Of a stretch of 38,350 bases of DNA, positions 26,915-33,797 are shown piece by piece (positions within the stretch are counted from its first letter, which is position 1; every line of letters starts with the position of its first letter). The translations under genes were made by a program, and so were the position numbers. The stretch is taken from positions 1 through 38,350 of the IMG/VR virus record IMGVR_UViG_3300048855_000199. One strand, given 5' to 3'. The DNA is from a virus. Its lineage: Duplodnaviria > Caudoviricetes. Under the pieces are notes generated by a model. It made no database searches, was not told the origin of the DNA, and saw only the letters and a list, made by a program, of their open reading frames with translations.

Positions 26915-27736
26915 CTAAGCAGCGTCTGCACGGGCATCGGCGTCATGCGCTACAATGCCAGTCGGTGCAGGGAAGTATTTCGACAGTTCGGAGTAGCCTT
27001 GTCCTTTCTTGTACGGGAGCGTTGCGGGCGCGTTGTAGCGGTTCTTGGCCACATACCCGGCCCGTTCTTCGAGGTGAACCTGGCGGTCACCGCCGGATTC
27101 ACCGTGCGTCACCTTCTTATTGAAGCCGGCCTCGACGCTCTTGAGCGTCACCCTGTAATTCATGAAGGCGACGATGTCGGACTTCTCACGCACGAGCGCG
27201 TTGGCGCGCTTGTGAAGCTTGAGGCTATACCGGCTGTACGGGTCGCTGATCGGCGAGTCGAACCGGGTGATGTCCGGGTGCGCCAGCTGCACGACGGCGA
27301 TGCCCTGCCGCGTCAGCTCCTCCAGCCCGGACAGGTACTCGTTCCACTCGGTGTCGGCTTCCGAATAGCCCCGGCCGTAGGATGCCGGCGAGCCCTTCTC
27401 GTTGGAGTCGATGGAGTCGGCGCCGATCCGCTGGGCAGTCGCCCGCTGAACGAACGGCTCGAGCCCGTCGAGGCTGTCGATGATGAACGTCCGGTAGCCG
27501 TGGTCCTCGGTCAGCAGCGATGCGATGGCGTCGAGCATGTCATTGAAGGACTCGATGACGCCGAACGACGGCAGGTCGACATCAGACGGCGGGCGCTCGC
27601 CAGGCGTCTGGATGTAGATCGGGTCGGGGAATTCCGCCGCAAGGCTGGTCTTGCCGACGCCGTCCACGCCATACAGCACGACGATCGGGGGGCGGTTCGT
27701 TTTGGTGCTCTTCAAGTTTGCGAGCGAAATCGCCAT
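26915..27736 (-). CDS. AAA_24/Sak4-like ATPase (recombinase)
   Basis: YGVDGVGKTS, IIDSLD, LAH and AKNRY motifs. Confidence 0.88.
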   Translation of the reverse strand: MAISLANLKSTKTNRPPIVVLYGVDGVGKTSLAAEFPDPIYIQTPGERPPSDVDLPSFGVIESFNDMLDAIASLLTEDHGYRTFIIDSLDGLEPFVQRATAQRIGADSIDSNEKGSPASYGRGYSEADTEWNEYLSGLEELTRQGIAVVQLAHPDITRFDSPISDPYSRYSLKLHKRANALVREKSDIVAFMNYRVTLKSVEAGFNKKVTHGESGGDRQVHLEERAGYVAKNRYNAPATLPYKKGQGYSELSKYFPAPTGIVAHDADARADAA

Positions 27737-27850
27737 TCACAGCACTCCAAAAACGTGCGCGAGCACTAGCGCTTGGCCGGCCGCGCCGGCGGTCTGCAGC
27801 GCCAACCACGCCGCGGTCAGCCAGAGGATGATTTTGATGGGGAGGGTCAC
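27737..27850 (-). CDS. Tiny hydrophobic protein (37 aa)
   Basis: GTGA overlap with the upstream stop; LPIKIILWLTAAWLALQTAGAAGQALVLAHVFGVL. Confidence 0.45.
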   Translation of the reverse strand: MTLPIKIILWLTAAWLALQTAGAAGQALVLAHVFGVL

Positions 27851-28245
27851 GCGGACTCCGCCAGTAGCTGGACCAAATAATCCGCGCCGACTTCGCCGTA
27901 GGTCGGTTCGATGCCTTCCGACTGCTCAGCCAAATGCCGTTGTATCGTCCGAAATTGCGCCTCAAACCCCTGAGAGTCGGCGATATAGCGGTCCATCCAA
28001 ACATTGAGACCGCGCGCGAGTGAGTCCCGTGAGAGTGCGTCCGGCACCGCCGGTTTTCCGCCAGGGGCATCCACGCTCGACAAACGGGTCGCCCTGCCGG
28101 CGAGCCGACACAGGGCGATTGCCATGTCGGTATCGAGTTGGACCTTAGGCTCGCCGATCTGACGCGCCATATCGGCCAAGCCATAAACCTCGCCGAGGCC
28201 GCCGGTTTCGAGGTAGCGCGTTGCTTCTTTCACGTCGTACGCCAT
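27847..28245 (-). CDS. Hypothetical protein
   Basis: GGAGG RBS; abuts the upstream stop. Confidence 0.65.
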   Translation of the reverse strand: MAYDVKEATRYLETGGLGEVYGLADMARQIGEPKVQLDTDMAIALCRLAGRATRLSSVDAPGGKPAVPDALSRDSLARGLNVWMDRYIADSQGFEAQFRTIQRHLAEQSEGIEPTYGEVGADYLVQLLAESA

Positions 28246-28437
28246 CTACGCCGCCTCCCTATCGCCACGCGGGGATGAGTGATGGGAAACCGGCGCACTG
28301 GAGCGCCATGTTCCGTCCTCGCACTTGCGCGCCGTCTGGCGAGCAAGTGCCTTCTGCTCTTTGGTGCGGTACGGCTTGCGGTTTTGCATGTTGAGCCGAC
28401 CGGCCCGTGTGGAGCTCGTCGCGTATCGGTTCATCAC
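28246..28437 (-). CDS. Small basic hypothetical protein
   Basis: Coupled ORF ending GDREAA. Confidence 0.5.
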   Translation of the reverse strand: MMNRYATSSTRAGRLNMQNRKPYRTKEQKALARQTARKCEDGTWRSSAPVSHHSSPRGDREAA

Positions 28438-28679
28438 GCCGCCATCCTCATCTCTTGCGGGGCCGCGAGCTCGGCAGCAACACTGTGCAAGGCGGCGGCC
28501 TGGCTGCGAAGCCTATCCATGTCAGCCAACCCGCGGCGCCGACGGCTCGCCGAGGAGTTGTCGATTGCATTGGCGCGGCGCTCGTTCCAGCGCGCGACTG
28601 CGCCGAGGCGGGCGCCAGCTCTCGGAATATTCCCGTCCGCCTCGTCGATGGCGCGATCGGCAGAAATCACGTTTTGCAT
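28434..28679 (-). CDS. Small hypothetical protein
   Basis: GAGG RBS; coupled to the next ORF. Confidence 0.55.
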   Translation of the reverse strand: MQNVISADRAIDEADGNIPRAGARLGAVARWNERRANAIDNSSASRRRRGLADMDRLRSQAAALHSVAAELAAPQEMRMAA

Positions 28680-28688
28680 GAGCGAACC

Positions 28689-29432
28689 TCAGTTCGGGAG
28701 AAGGTCGGCGGCGCAGTAGTCGAAGTATTCGCCGCTGTCGGGATGGCCGACGCGGTACGGCGATTCATCTTCCGGCTCACCGCTGTCGTGGAAGACGACG
28801 CCAACTTGACCGTCGTGCGCATCACGCACCCAATCGCCGGGCTTGAATGTGCGGGGTGGCGCCTCGGAAGCGTCCTCCGGCTTCCAGTCGCTTGCCGCGG
28901 TCGTGACGCGAAATCCGTTGCGGTCGAGGCGTACCGTGGCCGTAATCTCACCCATGGCGACGACCGTGCCGGTGTCGCGGTAATGAATGGCCGGTAGGTA
29001 GCTGAACCCATGCGTATCGCGGCGGGCATATTCGACGCGGTCGCCGACGCTGAAAGGCGTTAGTTTCGGCGCCGTGGCGGGCGGCAAGACGATGGCCTTG
29101 ACGCAACTATTGTATACGTGGATCGGACGATCAGGCCCGCTGATGAGGAGGCGGATAACGAAACTGTCGGCCGCGTCGATGACCCGATAATGGCCATCGG
29201 GCACATCCGGATCGCCTTCCACGCGCACCCAGTCGCCGGGCTTCGCGCGCTCCCATGCCGCCTCCTCCCGCACCACCGGCTCGAGCTCTTCGTCGTACCA
29301 CTCGAAGGCCACCTTTTTGCCGGTGACGCTGTCACGCAGTTTATAGCCGCCACTGCCGGTCAGCTTGCGCACGACGAGGACTCTGTCGCCGCCGGCCGTT
29401 CGAACCTCGTCGCCTACCGAAAATCTCGCCAT
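28689..29432 (-). CDS. Protein with four KOW/SH3-like repeats
   Basis: Start MARFSVGDEV at 29432; repeats FSVGDEVR, AKPGDWVR, FSVGDRVE and FKPGDWVR. Confidence 0.7.
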   Translation of the reverse strand: MARFSVGDEVRTAGGDRVLVVRKLTGSGGYKLRDSVTGKKVAFEWYDEELEPVVREEAAWERAKPGDWVRVEGDPDVPDGHYRVIDAADSFVIRLLISGPDRPIHVYNSCVKAIVLPPATAPKLTPFSVGDRVEYARRDTHGFSYLPAIHYRDTGTVVAMGEITATVRLDRNGFRVTTAASDWKPEDASEAPPRTFKPGDWVRDAHDGQVGVVFHDSGEPEDESPYRVGHPDSGEYFDYCAADLLPN

Positions 29433-29641
29433 CAATTGATCCTCGCCACATCGACAGGCACGAGAACGCTTTCCGGCGAATAGGTCTGGATGATATCGCC
29501 GGTTGTCGGTTCGATGCGCCGAAGGGTGTAATGATTTTCCGAGTGAAGATTCCGGGTCTGGCCAACGACCTGCCATGCCACCGAAGTGCACATGATGCGG
29601 ACGTACTCACCCAGCCGGAACTCGAATAGGTCGCCAATCAT
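29432..29641 (-). CDS. Small KOW/SH3-like protein
   Basis: FRLGEYVRI...WQVVGQ; coupled at both ends. Confidence 0.6.
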   Translation of the reverse strand: MIGDLFEFRLGEYVRIMCTSVAWQVVGQTRNLHSENHYTLRRIEPTTGDIIQTYSPESVLVPVDVARIN

Positions 29642-29874
29642 GCGGCGGCTCTGAACAGGATGACGTTGCCGTCGATCTCATCCGGTTCGGGGCCGTCGTC
29701 GTCCTCGTCAGCTGGCTCGATCTCTGTGATCCAGAGCGCGCGCTTGCGAATAATGCCGTCATTGTCGATGTATTCGACGACGACCTGTTCTCCGCGCTCG
29801 TTCTGCCTCGTTTCGATCACGCGTCCTTCAATATTGGCGCGTACGTAATCATCGACTTCAAACTTGTCTGCCAT
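29638..29874 (-). CDS. Small SH3-like protein with acidic tail
   Basis: MADKFEVDDYVRANIEGRVIE...VVVEY...W..EIEPA. Confidence 0.6.
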   Translation of the reverse strand: MADKFEVDDYVRANIEGRVIETRQNERGEQVVVEYIDNDGIIRKRALWITEIEPADEDDDGPEPDEIDGNVILFRAAA

Positions 29875-30302
29875 GACTTTGCTTTCGGTCATGTGGCAGG
29901 TGCCGGCGAAACCGCTGCGGCATCGTGGGTTGCCCCACGGCGGAAGACTGGCGTGCAGTCCTCGGCGATGGGCAAAGGTGTAGCGTTCGCGCACGTCGCG
30001 CGCTGGATTGCTATTTCATTTCAGGTGCTTCGTTGGCTCATCTCGTGTGTAATTGAGGTACGACACTTCGATCTGCCTGGGCAAGCGCACGGAAAGGTTG
30101 TGGACAGAATGCAGGTCCACCACCCGCCTCAGATTGCTAACAAGTCGCTGATCTAGCCTGGTTTTTCTAATTTATGATAAGATCAACAAATGATGATAAA
30201 ATCGATGCTGTGGGTCGGGCGAAACCGAGCAATGGTCATCTAGCTTTCTCCCTTTATCGCTAAATACCTGATCTGATGCGGTTTTGTCTGCGCGGTTTCG
30301 GT

Positions 30303-30367
30303 AGGTGCGGGGCGGCGGCTTCCAATAGATGGGTTGCGCTCAACTCGTGGGCGCCGCTCCGTCACCT
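30303..30367 (-). ncRNA. Single TIGR-like stem-loop guide unit downstream of the Tas-like gene
   Basis: RNA strand CCCA-CGAGTTGAG-CGCAACCCA-TCTATTGGA-AGCC inside an imperfect terminal stem. Confidence 0.7.
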
Positions 30368-31293
30368 CATGCGGCACGCCGCCATTCGAGATAGAGGTGC
30401 TTCAACAGCATCTTTTCGACGTACCGTCGGGCGCGGTTCTCGGCGTGCTTGGTGAAGGACTCCTTGCCCTTCGCGCTCAGCTTGACCGCAATGCCGTCCT
30501 TATCCGGACAGCGCGGGGCCTCGTACCTGAGGCGGTGCACGAACGCCCTTTGATAGAGGGTGAGGTCGTCCCGCTCGTCAGGATCTTCACCTGGCTCGAG
30601 ACGCGGGCCGTGCCCCATGCCGCCGATGACGCACCCGCCCACATTCCACATGACGGAGCGGCGGCGCCCGCTGTATCCGTGTTCAATCCAGTCTTCTTTG
30701 GAGGCATCGCCGCCGGGCGCGCCCTGTCGACGCCCGTTGATGACGGCGAGCCCCATGCGCTTCCAAAGCGCGGATACGGACTTGTAGGTTCCGATGTCGC
30801 CGGTGGAACCGACGATCTCGGCGAGCGACACGTCGCCAAACCCTTTGACGCTCTTGACCCAGGGATAGACCGGGAGTGTCCGCGCCAGCTTTGCCATACG
30901 CTTCTCGTAAGCGGCGCGCACGTCGGCGAGCGGCACCTGGGCCACGATATATGGCGTAATCGGCTCAAGAAGCGGGTGCTCGCCATTCGACTCGTAGGCC
31001 GCAATCACCTCACCATAGATCTTGGCCACGCGCTTGCGCGCCTTCTCTTTTGCGGTGTCGTCTGCGAAGTCATCATCTTCCATGTGGAAGATCCGCACGA
31101 TGGCCTGCGCTTGCAGAATGAGCCTGTTTTGCGCGCGGATCATGCTATGCCTGAGCTTCTGCAGATTGCGGAGCTGGTCGACTGTTGCGATGGCTTCCGG
31201 TGAGGCGACATATAACGGTAGGGGCGGCGCTGATAACTCAACGCGGCCCGTTTCGACGGCGGTGCAGATTTCAGACGGGGTTTCGAGCAGCAT
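30367..31293 (-). CDS. TasA-like protein: IS110/Nop-family RNA-binding domain without a nuclease domain
   Basis: Probable start MLLETP at 31293 (308 aa). Coiled coil LRNLQKLRHSMIRAQNRL, then WVKSVKGFGDVSLAEIVGSTGDIGTYKSVSALWKRMGL, GYSGRRRS and HAENRARRYVEKMLLKHLY.EWR. No RuvC DEDD or HNH region is visible. Confidence 0.85.
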   Translation of the reverse strand: MLLETPSEICTAVETGRVELSAPPLPLYVASPEAIATVDQLRNLQKLRHSMIRAQNRLILQAQAIVRIFHMEDDDFADDTAKEKARKRVAKIYGEVIAAYESNGEHPLLEPITPYIVAQVPLADVRAAYEKRMAKLARTLPVYPWVKSVKGFGDVSLAEIVGSTGDIGTYKSVSALWKRMGLAVINGRRQGAPGGDASKEDWIEHGYSGRRRSVMWNVGGCVIGGMGHGPRLEPGEDPDERDDLTLYQRAFVHRLRYEAPRCPDKDGIAVKLSAKGKESFTKHAENRARRYVEKMLLKHLYLEWRRAA

Positions 31294-31318
31294 CTTTAGT
31301 CTTCTCTCTGATGCGGGT

Positions 31319-31592
31319 GTCGGTCGGGCGCCCTGAAAGTGGTTTGCGCTGATCAGCTGGCCCGACCGACGCGGCTTGCGCCGCATTCGGGGAATTTTGC
31401 CTGCCGGGCGCACCAACGTTGGATTGCGAACGAAAATTGGCCCGGCAGGCGCCGCTTGCGCGGCATGCGGATGCTTGGTGATGGTGGCGATATTCCTGTG
31501 GGTTTCGCGAGCTCGATGGCCATCCTCACCAAGCAAAAAATCGCGGCGGGCGAACAGAAGATGGGTTGCGCAAGGACCCTGGCCCGCCCCGC
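31319..31592 (-). ncRNA. TIGR-like stem-loop guide array, gene-proximal part (4 units)
   Basis: Units at 31319-31370, 31399-31450, 31472-31535 and 31543-31592, each GCCA-N9-CGMAANCCA-N9-CGCC closed by its own stem. Confidence 0.88.
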
Positions 31593-31598
31593 AGCGGC

Positions 31599-32171
31599 TC
31601 ACGCCGCTGATTCTGTCTGTTCCTTCAGGCGAGCGATGTCGCTGGCCGTGAGGGCGTCACCGACTCGCGCTTCTCCGGCCGCTTGGCCGACCGCTATCAG
31701 GAAGCGCGCGTTCTTGACGGCCGTCATGCCCTTGGACAGCTCCGTCTCGCCGTGGGTCGCTATCTCGACACCAGTCCACTGCCGCAGTGGCCTCGTGCGG
31801 CCATTGATCGTGTAGGGCATATCAAGAAGGGCTTCGCGATGGTGCCGGCCGAGGCTGCGGATTCGCTCCTGCGCGCGCCGTGTGCCATCGTTCATTCGGT
31901 GGGGAACCTTGGTGAACGGCTGCACATTGTCGCTCGTCGCAGCGAATTGCCGCTCTATGGCGCGGCGCTGCATGGGCGCGATCTCGTTCAGAAGCTTTCG
32001 CGCGCCGATCCGAAGAAGGCCCTCGGTGAGCCGCGGGGAAACGCGAACGTAGTTCACGAGCTTATCGGTGGCGACATTGAGGTCGCCGTCGGATTCATCG
32101 AACATTCGCTGCGCGACAGACTGGATCGTGATGTCGCGAGCGCCGGAAACGTGTCTTAGGGGTGCGTTCAT
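31599..32171 (-). CDS. Hypothetical 190-aa protein embedded in the guide array
   Basis: GGAG RBS, ATG at 32171 (MNAPLRHVSG...QTESAA); exactly fills the gap between the two sub-arrays. Confidence 0.75.
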   Translation of the reverse strand: MNAPLRHVSGARDITIQSVAQRMFDESDGDLNVATDKLVNYVRVSPRLTEGLLRIGARKLLNEIAPMQRRAIERQFAATSDNVQPFTKVPHRMNDGTRRAQERIRSLGRHHREALLDMPYTINGRTRPLRQWTGVEIATHGETELSKGMTAVKNARFLIAVGQAAGEARVGDALTASDIARLKEQTESAA

Positions 32172-32195
32172 TTCGGTTGCTCCGGTTGGATGGGT

Positions 32196-32484
32196 GCTGC
32201 GGGCGAAGGACAAATGGGTGTCGCAAGCTGCGCGGCCCGCAGCGGCGCCTTGCGGCGCGTTTGGTGTGACGACGGGAGGAGCTCCGTCTTACTGGGTTCC
32301 GCATCTGCGATGGCCCATCCTGTCGTCACGTTGGGTTGCCTGATGACGTTGGGGGGGCGGAGAACCGCCGGGCTGCGCGCACCAATTGGCCCAACAGCAT
32401 CAGGCAATTCTTTCGGCGTGAGTGGCGCGCCTCGGATAGGTATCAACATGACCATGGCCACTCACGCCGTCGCCCTTGCGGGCG
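32196..32484 (-). ncRNA. TIGR-like stem-loop guide array, upstream part (4 units)
   Basis: Units at 32196-32243, 32266-32329, 32336-32407 and 32414-32469 with the same 4-9-9-9-4 core; GCAA hairpins at 32245-32258 and 32471-32484. Confidence 0.85.
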
Positions 32485-32524
32485 AATTCCGTGCCCCGCA
32501 TCCCCGGAGCATGCTCGGACGGGG

Positions 32525-32866
32525 TCATGGGAGCGTGATGGCTCGCATAGAGGAGATGATTAGGCCCGGGTCGCGCCGCCGTTCGGCGCGAAGCGTCGGC
32601 TCGCAGACGTTTTGAAACCGGCCGCGTCCTACGAATTCTGCTAGTACCGCCTCGTCGTCGCGGCGGTTGCGGTCATGGGAGAAGTCCGACTCGTCACATC
32701 GCCTGATCGGCGCGCCGGTGCAGACCGGGAGGCGTTCGCGCTCGAAACCGGCCGCCTTCAGGAGCTTGCTGATCGTGCCGTGGTTGCGTCCGACCATTTC
32801 GGCGATCTGCCCGACAGGGTGGCCAGATCTGGCTAGGTCGACAACGTCATCTCGTAAGCTCTGCAT
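32525..32866 (-). CDS. HTH DNA-binding protein in the Cro position
   Basis: VVDLARSGHPVGQIAEMVGRNHGTISKLLK HTH; divergent from the repressor (alternative TTG start at 32872). Confidence 0.65.
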   Translation of the reverse strand: MQSLRDDVVDLARSGHPVGQIAEMVGRNHGTISKLLKAAGFERERLPVCTGAPIRRCDESDFSHDRNRRDDEAVLAEFVGRGRFQNVCEPTLRAERRRDPGLIISSMRAITLP

Positions 32867-32889
32867 GGACAATTTTCCCTGATCACCAG

Positions 32890-33000
32890 TTCACAAGCAC
32901 AAATTACCACTCTTGTTGGAACCCGGTCAAACGGAAAGTTGTTTGATTGATACAAGCGGTTGCGTTACAAGCAGAAATAATTTTCGGCCAAAGGAGACCG
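32890..33000. promoter_or_regulatory. Divergent immunity control region (PR/PRM-like)
   Basis: Minus-strand TTGACC (32930-32925) with GTAATT 17 nt downstream; TCAAAC-N8-GTTTGA inverted repeat; several ACAA/TTGT half-sites. Confidence 0.5.
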
Positions 33001-33003
33001 ATT

Positions 33004-33711
33004 GTGACAACCCTCGGAAAACTGGTTCGCGACCGGCGAATCGAGTTGAGGCTGAGCCAGGGGCGACTCGGCGAGATGGTCGGCATGACGCAGCAGGCAA
33101 TCGCTGCCATTGAGAATGGGGACACCCAGGAACCCAGGAACTTGGACCTGATCGCAAAGGCGCTCGAGATGAGCCCTGGGCGCCTCGCTGAACTTGCCCA
33201 GCCCCGGCGCGGCACAGAGACAATAGTCACGCCGTTCCGGGTTAAGAACCGAAAGCCACGACCCGGCATGCCCACAACAATCCCGCGAATCGTTCCAGAC
33301 CTACCGAGCCAGGCCGAGATCCCTGTCCTGGGGTATGCGGCGGGCGGCAATACCGGCGCGTTTCAGATTTCGGATGCCACCTACGACACCGTTCCTTGCC
33401 CGCCCGAGCTGGCGAACGTGCCTGGGGCTTACGCCGTCTATATCTTTGGCGTCTCGATGGAGCCCCGATATTTCGCGGGAGAACGAGCCTACGTCCATCC
33501 CCGCCTGCCGATCGCGAGGGGCGATTTTGTCGTGGTTCAACTCGCGCAGCACGGCGAGACGGAGCCGGTCGAAGGCATGGTGAAGCAGTACGTTGCGCAG
33601 GATGAGAAAGACCTCGTTCTGCATCAATTCAACCCAGACCATGACCTCCGAATTGACGCATCGCGTGTGCGGCACATTCACAAGATCATACTGGCAGGCA
33701 GGCCCTATTGA
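33004..33711 (+). CDS. CI-type phage repressor (XRE HTH + S24 peptidase)
   Basis: AAGGAG RBS and GTG start; LSQGRLGEMVGMTQQAIAAIENG; cleavage-site AAG; catalytic SMEP and VKQY. Confidence 0.93.
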   Translation: MTTLGKLVRDRRIELRLSQGRLGEMVGMTQQAIAAIENGDTQEPRNLDLIAKALEMSPGRLAELAQPRRGTETIVTPFRVKNRKPRPGMPTTIPRIVPDLPSQAEIPVLGYAAGGNTGAFQISDATYDTVPCPPELANVPGAYAVYIFGVSMEPRYFAGERAYVHPRLPIARGDFVVVQLAQHGETEPVEGMVKQYVAQDEKDLVLHQFNPDHDLRIDASRVRHIHKIILAGRPY

Positions 33712-33719
33712 TGGTGGTA

Positions 33720-33790
33720 CAATCGCCGGTCACAAATACCATTTGACTCCGCTCCCTAATTTGTGGCATGGTTTCCTCACAAACAAGGAG
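33720..33790 (+). promoter_or_regulatory. PL-like promoter/operator region
   Basis: TTGACT at 33743; CACAAAT...ATTTGTG inverted repeat; ACAA motifs like those at 32890-33000. Confidence 0.45.
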
Positions 33791-33797
33791 ACCACAG

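Noticed and set aside
31200-31293. Extra degenerate guide units in the 5' end of the Tas-like gene (CGAAACCCC, CGAAACGGG)
   Set aside because: Edge motifs, 9-nt spacing and closing stems are not satisfied
30367-31602. IS110 transposase / insertion sequence, and the 411-aa ORF call
   Set aside because: There is no N-terminal DEDD RuvC domain. The first ~100 codons are read-through of the guide array; the likely start is 31293
31319-32484. CRISPR array or a run of Rho-independent terminators
   Set aside because: No 23-47-nt identical repeats or 30-nt spacers and no cas1/cas2. Most hairpins lack U-tracts and all enclose a fixed 9-9-9 core
33042-33050. Match of spacer CGAGTTGAG (ninth unit) inside the repressor gene as a self-target
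   Set aside because: The partner spacer does not match the adjacent bases, and a lone 9-mer hit is expected by chance in 38 kb. I found no full 18-bp self-target by eye, though the search was not exhaustive
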